DNA of 62,658 nt, filler included, from Choristocarpus tenellus KU-1152 (taxonomy: Eukaryota > Protista > Phaeophyceae): NCBI GenBank assembly GCA_964200185.2. It is 10 parts of 10 records of this genome, joined end to end, with 100 filler letters (N's around TTAATTAATTAA, not from the genome) between each part and the next. Parts side by side here need not be neighbours in the genome. Positions count along the whole stretch, not along the records: positions 1 to 6,601 come from CAXNAD020007780.1; positions 6,702 to 12,557 come from CAXNAD020009580.1; positions 12,658 to 20,244 come from CAXNAD020005924.1; 7 more parts are not named here. One strand, given 5' to 3'. Under the pieces are notes generated by a model, which was given only the letters and a program-made list of their open reading frames with translations, was not told where the DNA came from and made no database searches. The translations under genes were made by a program, and so were the position numbers. This document shows, piece after piece, positions 1 through 12,720 of this stretch (within the stretch, counting starts at the first letter, position 1; each line of letters begins with the position of its first letter).

Positions 1-3000
1 CCATAGCCACACCCTCCTCATGAGGGCAAGCTGCGTTTTGGGTAGATTGAAAGGGACTTTTTAAGCCCATGATTCTCAACAGGGGCTAGATCAACTCCCC
101 ATGCATAAGCTATGCCAATCTACCCTGAACGAATAAAAAATAACAAAACAGACTAAACACAAACCTGCAGCCTTGACACAAGTCCACCGAAGATTGTGTT
201 TGCCGATCCCACACGTGCATTATGTGTCTTCTCAAACTCATCTGTCGGGCGCTCCATTCCCCCAGGCCTTTGGGGGTGTGATAGGAGCAGGGATGTAAAC
301 AGGGCGATGGTTCGATTGATTACTCCTTGTCTGTTATTCCCTTCTTGGGTTAATTGTCGTGCATCCCTTTTTTTCCGCTTCCCTTTTGTTTCCTTTGCCT
401 TGAGTGATTTGTCATTAGTGGAATTTCCTGGGGTGAAATGGATCAGGTATGAATGAAATTTGTAGGCGAACCTATAGTGTGATACGCTGGGTTCTCTTTC
501 CCCCCTCTTTTTCTTTTCTTTTTCATTCTTCTTCCACTGCTTCTCTTGCTACTGCTTCTCTTGTTTGTCACACCTTGAGACTCACGTAAAACAGATATAG
601 ATATATATATAGAAACAATAATGATTGTGGCAGAAACAAATGATGGTATGGTGGATTCAACTCATACTGCAGGTGTATATCTTGCTGATGGCACATTCCA
701 CAGTTGCCTTTGGAACAGGGACCTCAACCGTCATACGTGCTGATCCACCAACCTCCCAATATTTCATTAAAATCAGTAAACCACGATCTTTTGTGTTACA
801 ATAATATTCCCGGATATGAGGACAGATAAGAGTTGATCACAGCCAAGGGCATTCGCTGATGCAAATAGTTCCTTACTATTACATTTAAGGCAGATCAGAA
901 AAAAATAATACAATGCTGGAGATGATATCCTAGATAGGTGCCGACCAAAAAAAAGAGGTTTTTTTCTTCTCCAGTGATCCGGCAACTAATATAGGAAATA
1001 TCACATTTCTGACCACTAAGGAACTCGAAGATCGGTGGAAGGACCATGTAGATATTACAGAATTTTTCCATCAACAGTGCAAGCATTTCAACAATCTATA
1101 CTCTCAATGCTTTCTTGCATGGCCATACCCTAACCCCAACCATCAACAAAACTCAACCCAATTTCAAATACACAGAATAGTGTGGAAGGAATACAATAGG
1201 AAAACACACACACACACACACAAGTACTGGTAGGTGATATCATATGACAAGTGTAGATCATAGGTAGGATCAAAGCTGTTGGGCAGTCAATGCTGTCATG
1301 AGAGCAAACCGTACGAACCAAAACCTAAGTGTATATGTACGCACAAGGTGAAGGCAACGATGCATAGCAAAAAAACGGTATATTGCCCCTCTTCATCAAA
1401 TTGATCATACGGGATATAGGCTCCACCACTGAAGTGCTTCTATTAGCTCCAAAGCACCATACCCACCCATCCAGACAGGGACATCAGTTTTACTGGGGAT
1501 AAACCAGAGTCACGTATCTAGAGATTGCACAAAAAAATGCTAACGGCACTCTACCTTGCCCCCCTCCCTCACAAAACATCACTATGAGCATACAACCTTT
1601 CGCCACAATTTTGTTGGTGAAAAACAGTACGTAAAATGTCTTGCCTGGTAATACTATTTCTACAAGTATGCCCTCAATTTCAGGTCACAAAGGCAGGGCA
1701 AGTAGTAGCCCAAAATGTAGGAAGAGTTTCTCGAGATATCAAAAGCATGAGCAAGGATACATCCCACCCAACAGAGAGGAGTCCATACAGAACGGCTGGT
1801 AAGATCAGCCCAAGAGCATCAGTACACTGTGACATAGGGTAACCGCCTTCTCCTGCATGCACATAGTGTAGTACCAGTGCACATAAAACTGGCAGGATTT
1901 TACACACGTGCGTACAACATGATACAATGATTCATCCTGCTAGGCGGCCTTTCCTACTTACTATGTGTATATCTTAACAATTGAGGTGAATGTGAATGTG
2001 ATCATTAACCCTAATCCTATCTCTCACCAAGATCACGAATAGGGCTATAATAGGAAGTACTCTATTCTCAAATAAAAGGCCTTGTGTCCAGCAAAAATCT
2101 GTCGAGATCCTGCAGAATAGTTCAATAAGAGAATAGTTCAATAAGAGATATTTGATGTTCTTGGACCAAGAAAGGAGTAGACCATGCACGGTGACGGTAC
2201 ACATTTCGTGATACAAGTACTGTACCTGTATTTCTGTGAACATTACAAGGTTCAATTAAAGCAGGACAAGAGAAAACCTGCACCTTCCTGGCAAATCACA
2301 TCAATTCATAGCCCAAAGAGTAAAAAATTATAACATACCTCACAAAACATAACACTCCCACAACACAACTTAACATCTTAACTTCAGACATCACAAAACA
2401 TTGTGTAAACAGTGGATAAGTAAGAGCACACGACCACTAGTGATTGCCACACTGAACAAAAGACCGTACGATCCAAACCAACTCAAGAATTTACTGATAA
2501 GCAGACATCACAGAGGAAAGTGCCCTGAGCGCTGTCCTGGACCACAAACGTACTGAAGCAATTAACCCCAACCACTACACACGACAACAGATGTTGAGGA
2601 GAAACTACACAAACGGGTCTGAGCATTTGCTGGAAAACCAACACTACAGAGAAAGAAGGCTTGAGTGTTTGCCCTACAACAGATGCTATGAAGGACTCTT
2701 TTCTACCATTATCTAAGATTATGGAATATATTTTTCCTTCTGCTGAATTTATTCCCTTCCAAGCTTCCTTTGCTAAGAGAGATGGATCTTAACACGTGAC
2801 AGAATAATAATGTGGAAGCGGACTGCTTCCCAGAAGAATACTTAAGCATACGAAACCAAACATGGTTCTGGACAGCAGACATTACAAAGTAAAGGGCATC
2901 TAACATTGCCCTGGCAACAGATGTTGTCTGCAAGTCTTGTGCTAGACACCAAACTTTACAGAGCAAAATGGACTCGGGTACAACATGGAAAAACAGACAT

Positions 3001-4424
3001 TACGGAGCAACTGGTCCTCGAAGTCGTGTACAACATTTAATATAAGCACAATTCGACTGAATGCACAAGGCAACAATAGCATCGAGCATCATGTTTTCAG
3101 AGCTGTGATAATATAACAATACAAAAAAACCTTTGAAGAGTGTCCATACTTATCAAAAAATAAAATATATATTAAACGTCTCGATTACCTCTGAATGACA
3201 ACCGTATCTTCTCAAGAAAGTAAAAAAAAGCACAAATACCTCAGAATGGTGTAAGAAAGACCACTATCCACAAGCGCTCTCTCCGCCTTGGCCTTCCAAC
3301 TCAGCACGCCCCAGAACAGATTCAAAGCAGATGCGGGTAGGCCAAACTGAACAAGCACAAGGGATCAGGGTCAACAAAAAAGAAATTGTTCCCAAATTTG
3401 GGCCACAGAGGGTACGGCCACAAGTTCAGGTGTTCTTCCCAAGAAAATGTTGCAAGGATAGGATTCAGTCAAATCAAAGATAATCAACATTGAAAATCAA
3501 GGGATTCAATACGACCAGTTACTTTCTCATGTGTGTGCCAACTGCATGCTCAGCTGGAACATCTTGATGGTGCACAGCAACCCTTGCCACTTACTGTGGG
3601 TGTTTCATTTCAATTCAAGTACACCACATTTTCAGGCAGTAATAGTTAAACTAACAACGCCCTTCTGATCCACAACACCAGAATTGGAAAAAGGACACCG
3701 AAAAATCGTGCATAACCATCAGAATTCCCTAACCCTATCATGGTGACTGTGAGTGCTGATCAACCTATTTACCCTAGTACAACGACCATGTTGTCCAGTT
3801 CTTCAGTAACTATTACCGTTGTATACCACAATGGGGTGCACTTATTGTAACCAAATCATGCAGATTTACACTGACCATGAATTTAGGTAAATGCAAATGC
3901 AGTAAGAACATACAGTATTGTCAGTTGTGGATCTTCAGTCTTCAGTCCTCAACTTGTCCCCCAGGGTTACTCTTGTACTGTAAATTAACAACAAAACACT
4001 ACATAGTATTAACATAGATGATACATGCAACAACTGTTTTTTTTTAAATTTACAACTGTGTTGTTTCTTATTTATGGAGGGTTGAATTAAAAATTAGAAT
4101 TTACCAATCCCTTTACCATTCGTAACAACTTTGAAGCTCGTGTCTGCAGATGCCATGAGTAATTATGAGGTGCAAGTAGAAGGGATAGGTCTCATCAGAG
4201 GCAGAAGGGTCTTCCAAGGGTGAGGAATGTAAACTCAGAGGAGCCAAGCAATTTGTTAGCATGCAACTCTAATGCATTCTCCATTGCAACCAGTTCCAAA
4301 ATGGATCCTACGAAAGAGGCTACCGCTCAGAGCAGAACATTTTCAATGGGTCCAGAGCTCTGTAGACACACTACAGAATACTCTTAGGTTCTACTCGCTC
4401 CCGAAGGGGAACTTGTGAAGGGAT

Positions 4425-4575
4425 CATCTGTAGTGTGTCATCTGTAGTGTGGCATCTAGTGTGGCATCTGTAGTGTGGCATCTGTAGTGTGGCATCTGTA
4501 GTGTGGCATCTGTAGTGTGGCATCTGTAATGTGGCATCTGTAGTGTGGCATCTGTAGTGTGGCATCTGTAGTGTG
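4425..4575. repeat. 14-bp minisatellite (GGCATCTGTAGTGT)n, ~10-11 copies
   Basis: Direct tandem copies are visible. They explain the three overlapping repetitive ORFs between 4371 and 4684. Confidence 0.95.
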
Positions 4576-5389
4576 CCAATATTTCATTCGACTCAACAAC
4601 CCAGGCACTAAGCACATTGCAAAAGGGGTGGAAGTAGTGGGCAAGTACAGAAAATGAAAGATATGCGAACATACGCAAATTCATTGACCAAGAATGACAT
4701 TGTCGGGCTACTAGTTCACCTCCAGCAGCAACATCTGCCTGAGCACAAGATAGAAACTAAACCTAGACAGTTCCACAGAGATAGAAATGGTAACCAAATC
4801 ATGGTTTGGAGATATCATGGGCAATAACATCTGCCTGAAAATGTGTAAATAGCAGGAACAGTCAACCAGGGTGGCAATGATTGCAATACCATTGAGTTAC
4901 TTGGTATTCCTATCTTGCTGCGCCATGTGCATCAGCTGAACATATACATCATGTGGGATACGGGCTTGTCTGGAAGCATGGACAAAAAAAATAGACATGC
5001 AAGAATGTTGATCTTAGAAGAACTTCGTAAGGATGGCAACCCTTGTTGGTATCCTCAATCATTCCAATGATAAAAACAATGGCCTGATGAGCATCCGAGA
5101 GGGTATGTTTCATCATGACGAGGAGAGCTTGAACCAAATATCGCAGCTAGTTTGGCACAATGATAGAAGGTGTGCATATGGAAGTGGTATTATTCTATTT
5201 TGTGTTGTTTGACTATTTGGCGTTTCAGTGCTGTGCTAAATTTGACATACATAAACTGATAAATGACATGCCATACTGATACTTCCTAACCTTCTGTTGC
5301 TTTCCAATCTTTACTTATTGCACGTGGACAACTCAACTTGTTATGTTACATTATTTACTGGAGATTAGAATCGCCAATACTGTGTACAA

Positions 5390-6350
5390 CTCAACCAGGG
5401 ACCTAAAGAACAAGTAGAACCTCACTTCAGATGAGTGGCTAACTGCATGGCAAGTTCACAGCATCCCTGATTCAGTGGAGGTAGTGAATATATTGGTGCA
5501 CGGTGGCGAGGACTCTTATCTCAGTCAGGCTCTCCACATAATTAATGAGTGAGGTTCTGATAAACACAAGGAATGTGGAGCAAGATAAGTGGAGAATATC
5601 AGGAGTATGGCTATGAAAGCACCCCACTTGTCGATCTTAACTCTGAGGTTCACACTGTGATTGAATTGATGACGGGGGTTGTGGAGGACAAGAACCTGGG
5701 TTTGGCGTGCACTTCACCGGAGCACATGAGATTATCCATGGATCTCAGGTTCAACATCTATCCTTCCGTTTCTTCACCTGTGGATGAACCCAAACTACTG
5801 GAGAAGGCAAGGGCTGGGATTCAGAAGATGTTATGGAAACTTGTTGATAAGCCCACTTCCATGGTAGGGTAGGCTTCTTCAATGGTGGTGAGAGTGGTTG
5901 AGTCACCTCCTGTGAAGAGGAAAAAGGTATGGATAAGTTTCTGCATTGCAAAGCTGCACACATAGATGCTTCTATTGCGGGGGCCTCAACTGCTGGTTCA
6001 TCCAGCAACCCAACTACTTATCCAGAAGCTCTATGATAGCCATTAAGGAACTTAATCAATATCCAAGAGAGGATGAAGAACTGGATTTGGAGACCTTCAG
6101 CCTAACTGGGCTTTGGAAGGATAGGGAGTATGATGTGTCATTTCTGGCACTCCTTGCACAACTCTTCCGTGGCATCGACACAACCAGTTGTCTGTCAGAT
6201 AGCGATTGCTCAGCTTTGTCTACTCTTGACTCACCTCTCCATAAATCCCTTTTAGGCCTCAAGGTTGAGCATACGACATCTATAAAGCTCAATGAGGGTT
6301 ACATTCCTGAGATGAGCGTCTTATTCAACGCCAAATCAAACATTGAGTAG
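5390..6350 (+). pseudogene. Decayed hAT-superfamily transposase (C-terminal part incl. dimerisation domain)
   Basis: Broken frames give LTSDEW..., MDLRF (cf. LDPRF), ELNQY...LWKDREY...LALLAQLFRGIDTTSCLSDSDCSAL...KVE...IKLN. This matches the hAT C-terminal pattern W...YP.LA.LA...L.IPATS..SER.FS. Stops and frameshifts are present. Confidence 0.7.
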
Positions 6351-6601
6351 GCAGCTTGCACCACAACTGAGCTTGTATTGACAATGCACGTGCAATAAGC
6401 TGGCGAGGAGGTTGGCTTGGTTTCCTAGCACATGAGATGTTACCCCTTCTTGGGGTAGAGCTGATATGACACAATATTGAATTTGTTACATGCATGAACA
6501 TTTGCATATTTTGAGGTGAACATTTGTTATTCTTCCGGGGGGGGGGGTTCCTTCCCCTGGCTGTTACTTTTTAACCTCCAGGTTTTTGTTCAAAACAAAA
6601 G

Positions 6602-6701
6602 NNNNNNNNNNNNNNNNNNNNNNNNNNNNNNNNNNNNNNNNNNNNTTAATTAATTAANNNNNNNNNNNNNNNNNNNNNNNNNNNNNNNNNNNNNNNNNNN
6701 N
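6602..6701. other. Artificial contig spacer N44-TTAATTAATTAA-N44
   Basis: Identical 100-bp linker with stops in all frames, repeated nine times in the window. Confidence 0.99.
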
Positions 6702-6703
6702 CT

Positions 6704-6876
6704 GGCTCTAAGTATCTGGGGGGGGGGGGCTGTCCAGTTGGGGTCAATTTTTTCATGTCACGATTTTTGGGTGATTTGGTTGCATAAGTCGGATGGATAT
6801 TGTAAATGCACTTTTCCTGGTTTGGGCCCAAATGGACACCCTGGTGTACACCCCCTCCCCCAAGATACTTTTGGTC
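6704..6876 (+). mobile_element. MITE family B (~175 bp)
   Basis: Ends GGCTCTAAGTATCT...AGATACTTTTGGTC. The interior matches 52828-53006 and the reverse of 55937-56106. Confidence 0.8.
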
Positions 6877-7559
6877 ACTGCTTCCAGACTTGTTGAGGGG
6901 GGCAATGTACTCAGGGCATCGTGGTAGAGACAACATATTGATGCATGTCTGTTGTTGTTGATCTATTTTAAACATACTTCGTTTCGTAGTCGAGAGATGA
7001 GAACAAATCCGACACTACAGAAAAACACCGTTTCCCCCCATCCCCTCGTGTCACATACGATGATATTGCTGCTACTTCTAGTAATCCTTCTGCAATCAAT
7101 ATTATATATATATATATATATATATATCCCTGTGACCTGCATCAGAATGTTGTAGCTAGATACGTGCATTTGGGATTTTGGTGGCGTATGGGTGAGTGTG
7201 CCGATCTAGTTGAGAGAGTACTGTTTATTGTTACCATATGGTGAGTAACTGCTTTTGTTGTGTTATATGGGTGTAGCTAACAGGAAGTGGTTAGATTTTG
7301 TGCATCTCCTCAACATAGATCCACGCAGTACTACTACTAGTGCCCTTGCTAGCTCTTCCTTACTTTTTCGCTTATCTTGTTTTCTCTCTTCTACAAACAA
7401 ACAACAGAGATCATCATCGTCATTGAGGGAGGGAGGTGTAACACCTCAAAATGCGAAGAGAGGAATACGCATACATGAACATGGCGTCAGATTGGGCCTC
7501 GTTTGAAGAAGCTCCTTACCAACGACAGAACACAGTTTGCCGAAGAACATTCCACTTTT

Positions 7560-8110
7560 TTTACCCATCGCAGAACTGAATGACCAGAACATTTTTTTCT
7601 AGAAAATGCCACACTAGCTTTCCATGATCGATTCTGAGTTCAAAAGATCCCTTCTACCTTGCACATCACAAACGTTTATGATTTTTACCTACCCCAACCA
7701 TGCACAAGCTTTCCTGGCACATTCCTCTAGTGCAGTAAAATGTTGTGACATCAACCTTTGACCACCCTTAACAAAGATTGTTTTTTTGTCCCTCCCTATC
7801 ATTGCCTCGCCTTTTATCACCCCGCACATTTCCATACGCTTCTATCTTAGGACATGCCCATGGCAAATTGAGTGACTGATAATGATGGCAATAATCGGTT
7901 CTCCTTATCATGTAGAGGGAGATCCTACTGATGTCATATACCCAAAACCATATTTCTGCAGCACTCCTTGACAGGAAGGCATGCTTGTATCTGTAAGTTG
8001 GTTATCAAACCTTCCAATTTCTCCAACAAACCCTAACGACATTTTGTGGAACAAGTTGAAGAGGTACTGCACATCTATTGGCATCCTACAACACTGTTCA
8101 TCATACCCTT
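7560..8110 (-). pseudogene. Highly decayed piggyBac-like transposase C-terminus
   Basis: Fragments ...GRFDNQL... and RSAAEIWFWVYDISRISLYMIRR resemble piggyBac GGVD..DQ and W...FFW.LD....NAYI. A Cys-containing remnant follows. Many stops. Confidence 0.35.
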
Positions 8111-9022
8111 AGTACATAAATTACACACACAACATACTAATGCACAAAGTGGGAATTTTTTCTTGTTAACAAATACTGAAATGCAATCAAAACGTTAAAT
8201 ATTCTAGACAGATCTTGTCTGACAATAGGAACCACAATTATGTTAAAATGAACTATATCTTCAGGGAAGGGATGTACTTGCAGTCAGTGATCAAAGAAAT
8301 AATAAAATGATAAGTAGAGTATAAAAAGAAATGAACGTCCTTTGGGAGATACGAAATATAATTTCACATGATCGAGAAAGATATAAAGCACCATAGACGT
8401 ATCTAAAATTCCTCTGGAACAAGTGGGAGTCACACTTCATGCACCATTCCATCTGAAAAACAATCCATACGCCACATCACTTCACCTACAACTCGACTGC
8501 AAATTTAACCCATTCCATAAACAGTAGTTACATGTTTGGACACAACCAACCATACCTGGAACCATCTCGAAGTTGCATTTTTTTATGGTAATCCACATGT
8601 GTTACAAAAAAGAAACGCTTCAACTCCCAAGAACTTCAAGTCTCTTGACGAAAATGGGGAAGCATGCAAAACCCACCTACTACAAATATATCAGGGCAGG
8701 CAACTGAACTACTGGATAGGTTAAGGCAGATGTAGCCAGTTAGAGTAAGAAACAGGCAAGAGAATTGTCGTGGGTCATTCTGGTGCAGGTGCCACTTCAG
8801 TAAGCACAAGAGACATGATAATTCGAGGCATAAGGGGTGTTCAGAGGTTCCTCCCCATCAAAGACAACCGTTGTATCAGCTTGTGGCATTGGCCGTTCCT
8901 TCTTTTATCCATCGAGCACTGGTTAAAGGGAATCACACATGCACTGGCACACACACAATGAGAGCAGATGCAATCTTTTCGCATAACCTCATTTGAGCAC
9001 AACAGCAGTAGACAAAACGCCC

Positions 9023-11936
9023 TTATGCCTCAACAGTTACACCGCCACCAGTTTTAACAAACCGCTGCTTTGCTGCCTGCTTACGAGTAAGCTTCTTTTC
9101 TCCATCCTCCTTGCCCTTGGCAACCTAAAAGAGAAAGTGATATGCAAACAAAGAGCAACAGTGTGTTGAAGAGTGATTACCATATAAACTGAAATTGTCC
9201 CAAGAAAGAGATGTGCTGGTCCATACTCGGTATAAAAAACATGTGTTTTGAGAGATCCGCACACCTAAAAAATACACTCAATTACTCTTTAACCATGATC
9301 ATGTTCTGTGTTGTGGTACCCAAAATCACACAAGTGAACTCATTTCAACCAAACATGTGGAAGACCTTACTCTGGTACCTCATTGCATGTCTCACCACAA
9401 CATTTTCTCACAAGGAACACAACTATTTTGTGAGGTACAAGTGACACTACGTGCAAATCTTCTTTACCTACTGAACAAAATCTTTCCCATTTAACAAAAT
9501 CCTACGAACAATACTGTAAGAAATAAAAAAGAAGAGTTGAACAAATCAACACATCCTCCACATCCTCCTTGCAAGCTGCTTTGATATGTGGAAGGCCTTT
9601 TCTCATCATTTAAACTTATGCTGGAAGCAATTGAAAAAGGTCTAAAGATTAAAGTAGTCACATTTTCAGCATTCAGTTTTCCAGAAATACCATGATAGTA
9701 TGGATTTGAAAAACTTTGGTAAATCGTTCTGTATCACAAAAATTAGAAGATCACATCATTTTTGGTTTGCCACAGGACACATCACATAGCACACATAAGA
9801 CTTTCCTTCCCAAACAAAGCTCTAACCACTTGATCTTGAGCTTGACTCACATTGCAAGCCATAATGTTACACTTTTCCTCCAATTCACTTTTCACATCAT
9901 TGGTTTGATTTTTTGACCTTGATACAAGCCACATCAACCCTCATGGTAACTCATATGAAGGATAGTAATATCTACAAAGTTCTACACACCGTAACCTATT
10001 AAAGAAAAAGAAAATATAATGTATAATATCAACCAATGAAATTGTGTCATCTCTTACTTAGCCTCTAAATACGCTTTGCTTTTCAGCACTTACATGGACC
10101 TCCTTCTCTGCGAGGATGAGCTCGATGTGAGCAGGGCTTGACATGTAGGCTGTAAAGGAAAGGAAGTAACAAGTTGAGACATAGTTGGCTCAAGACTGCG
10201 ATCTTGAACAGGAAATACAAGCTTGGCATGTAGTGCAGTGCAGATCTAAACAAGCAATAACCCTGCAGCAACAAGAGAACCAGACTTCAACAAACATCTA
10301 CACAGTAGACGTCCAGAAATCATGCAATATACTCAGTATCCTTGTAAATCCCGTAGAGGGCATACAAAATCCATTGAACACCTCCTCTAGAAGGAGTCTT
10401 AACACTTCCTCACACCAAAATATCCATTATGCCTGTTTGTTAGACTCCTACACTAGCAAGCATGAAAAATGGCGTGAGAGTTGAGAAGATGATCACTACT
10501 TCAAAAATACTAAATATCCCACTAAATATGCAATAGGGAAGTGGCAAATAGAAATTAGGGGAGTACTCACGGTTGATACGTCCGTGAGCCCTGTAGGTAC
10601 GGCGCCTCTGCTGGGGTGCACGATTGCACTGGATGTGGACTATGTAGAGGTTATCCACATCAAGACCCTTATGCCAATTGCCCAACCAATCCATGACAGA
10701 GAATCAAAAACACAGTGACAGGCAACAGTGCAACAAGAAGGGTGCATGCACACCAAAGATCAAGATATCAATAAATGTGAACTTTCAGAAAGGCAAGTTC
10801 GATGTCTAGCTTTCAAAAGACAGGACTACCCTCACTTGAACCTACTCACATTTCTTGGGGAGTTTAAGCCATCAATCCATACGCCACAGAACGCAACAGA
10901 ACGCATTACTGTTTCTAAAACATTTTACAATATGCAAAGGCTAGTCTACATGTTTAGAAGGAGATCACGCTCATGCAACAGAGAGAAAAAAGGCATAGTT
11001 TTATGACAAAAACAATGGTAAGTATTTAGAGAGTAGGGTTTTGAGAGCTGCAATGGCAGCTTTGGTTTTGCCTACAGATACACCATTCATCAACAGATGT
11101 GCTTATTTATTAAGTCGTGCACAAAATCATCAAATAAATTCAAGAACAGTGATGAAATAGCATTGAATGATCATTGTGCAGAGAGCACTATTGTGCCAAT
11201 AGGTAACAAACTACTTACCACAATATTAAAATGTCCCATGAGACCAAAACCTGTTGAGTCTAGAGTAATAGCATGTTAAAATTGTTGCAGTTTCCTGTAC
11301 ACTTGATTCGTTCTTCAAACCTGGGAGTGCCTCATCTCCTGGAATTCTCCTTGTTCAAACAAGATTGCACAAACGTAGAATTATCCAACAAGACAGGCAC
11401 ACACTCAACCACTAAAAGTATTAGCTCCTTACCTCAGCATTAGACTCAGCATTGTTGACAAGGTCTAGAACAATGCGTGTTGCCTTCTGGGGCCAGCGAC
11501 ACTTGCTTCCTGGGCTGATGAACGTGTGTTTGTTCTTGTTACCTGGCACCTGGACCCACCCACATCCACCCAGACCGACAAAGCACCGAAAAGAGATTAC
11601 ACATATGGTAGGGATGAAGACTTGTGATATTACCAGTCTTGATACCTAATACCTGGCAATGACCACAGCCTAGTGATGTATTCAATCAAGATGTGTCAAG
11701 ATGTCATACCGTTTTCCTGGTGGGGTCGCCAGTGTAGTCAATAGCTATGGGTTGCTTGCCCTGTGCATGCCTTCCCACGCCACCGGTGTACTTGGTGAAG
11801 GGAACCGCACGCTTGAACTCGAGCACATCCTGAAGAAACTTCTTGGCCTTGGCCAGCTGCATCCCCTTGATAGTGTGCGACACTTCACGCATGTGCTTGA
11901 AGTGCACCCGTAGGTGAGACCCACGGGCCTTCGCGG
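9023..11936 (-). CDS. RPL17: 60S ribosomal protein L17 (uL22), 5'-partial. Exons 11936-11710, 11549-11433, candidate micro-exon 10841-10836, ~10667-10571, 10149-10094, 9124-9023
   Basis: Spliced peptides are [18 protein letters not shown]...[86 protein letters not shown] and [17 protein letters not shown] boundaries are phase-consistent. The first exon was not found before the contig end. Confidence 0.97.
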
Positions 11937-12557
11937 CTGCAAGCAAGGGCATTGGAGTTGGTGGAATAAGCGAAGGGTGAGTCACATGACAGGGAGACTA
12001 CCATATATTTAGACTATACGTGTGATGACAAACTTGTCTTGTGAACGACGATAGAGCTACTGGCATGTACAGTAGCTCATGGAATAATTAGCCACTGCAT
12101 TAAAGGATGTTCAGTTGAGGTACAGTCCAAGATTCCCTATGCGTCGGGAACGCACATCAGGGCCACAAAAATGTACGTCGAATACACTAGTTCATGTCCC
12201 TCAACCAATGGTAGTGGGTGCACAGTGCAGGTGAATCCTCGGAAACTCTTGTCATGACATAGAGTTCAATCTCTATGGTACAGGAGAGTACGTCAAGGAT
12301 CTCTTCGGTTGTGCGCAAATGTATCAATGCACTACGGTAGGGGTTTCAGAAGAGGTGCTTCGCCCACATGCGGTACATGACCAAACTTGGACTTGTTCTA
12401 ACCACCGTATGCGATCCACACCACGCTAGATAGCCATGATAACTGCAGATGCTTTGATGATAGATCGCGGGAATGGGGCCCCCCCGAACCCCCCCCCCCC
12501 CGCTAGGCCAACACCCAGCACAACTCCACCCAAACGGGAGACAAAAGGGGGACGGGG

Positions 12558-12657
12558 NNNNNNNNNNNNNNNNNNNNNNNNNNNNNNNNNNNNNNNNNNN
12601 NTTAATTAATTAANNNNNNNNNNNNNNNNNNNNNNNNNNNNNNNNNNNNNNNNNNNN
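12558..12657. other. Artificial contig spacer
   Basis: N44-TTAATTAATTAA-N44. Confidence 0.99.
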
Positions 12658-12720
12658 CGGTGATTCTCTTCGCCACCCTTGTTTGAGTGAACTATGCCGC
12701 CAAGAATCGCATGATTCACA
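12658..12720 (-). repeat. End of interspersed repeat beginning TGTGAATC (possible LTR start); inverted copy at 20180-20244
   Basis: GGTGATTCTCTTCGCCACCCTTG...GATTCACA is the reverse complement of 20180-20244, with several substitutions. Confidence 0.75.

Noticed and set aside
4371-4684. Repeat-protein ORFs (MPHYRCHTTDATLQ)n
   Set aside because: Translation of a 14-bp minisatellite that is open in all three frames.
660-5140. Minus-strand gene from short leucine-rich ORFs
   Set aside because: The fragments carry in-frame stops, and no consistent exon chain or family emerged. It may be an old pseudogene, but that is unsupported.
10670-12557. Intronic C/D snoRNAs in RPL17
   Set aside because: No sense-strand RUGAUGA...CUGA pair with a terminal stem was found by eye; a covariance-model search would be needed.
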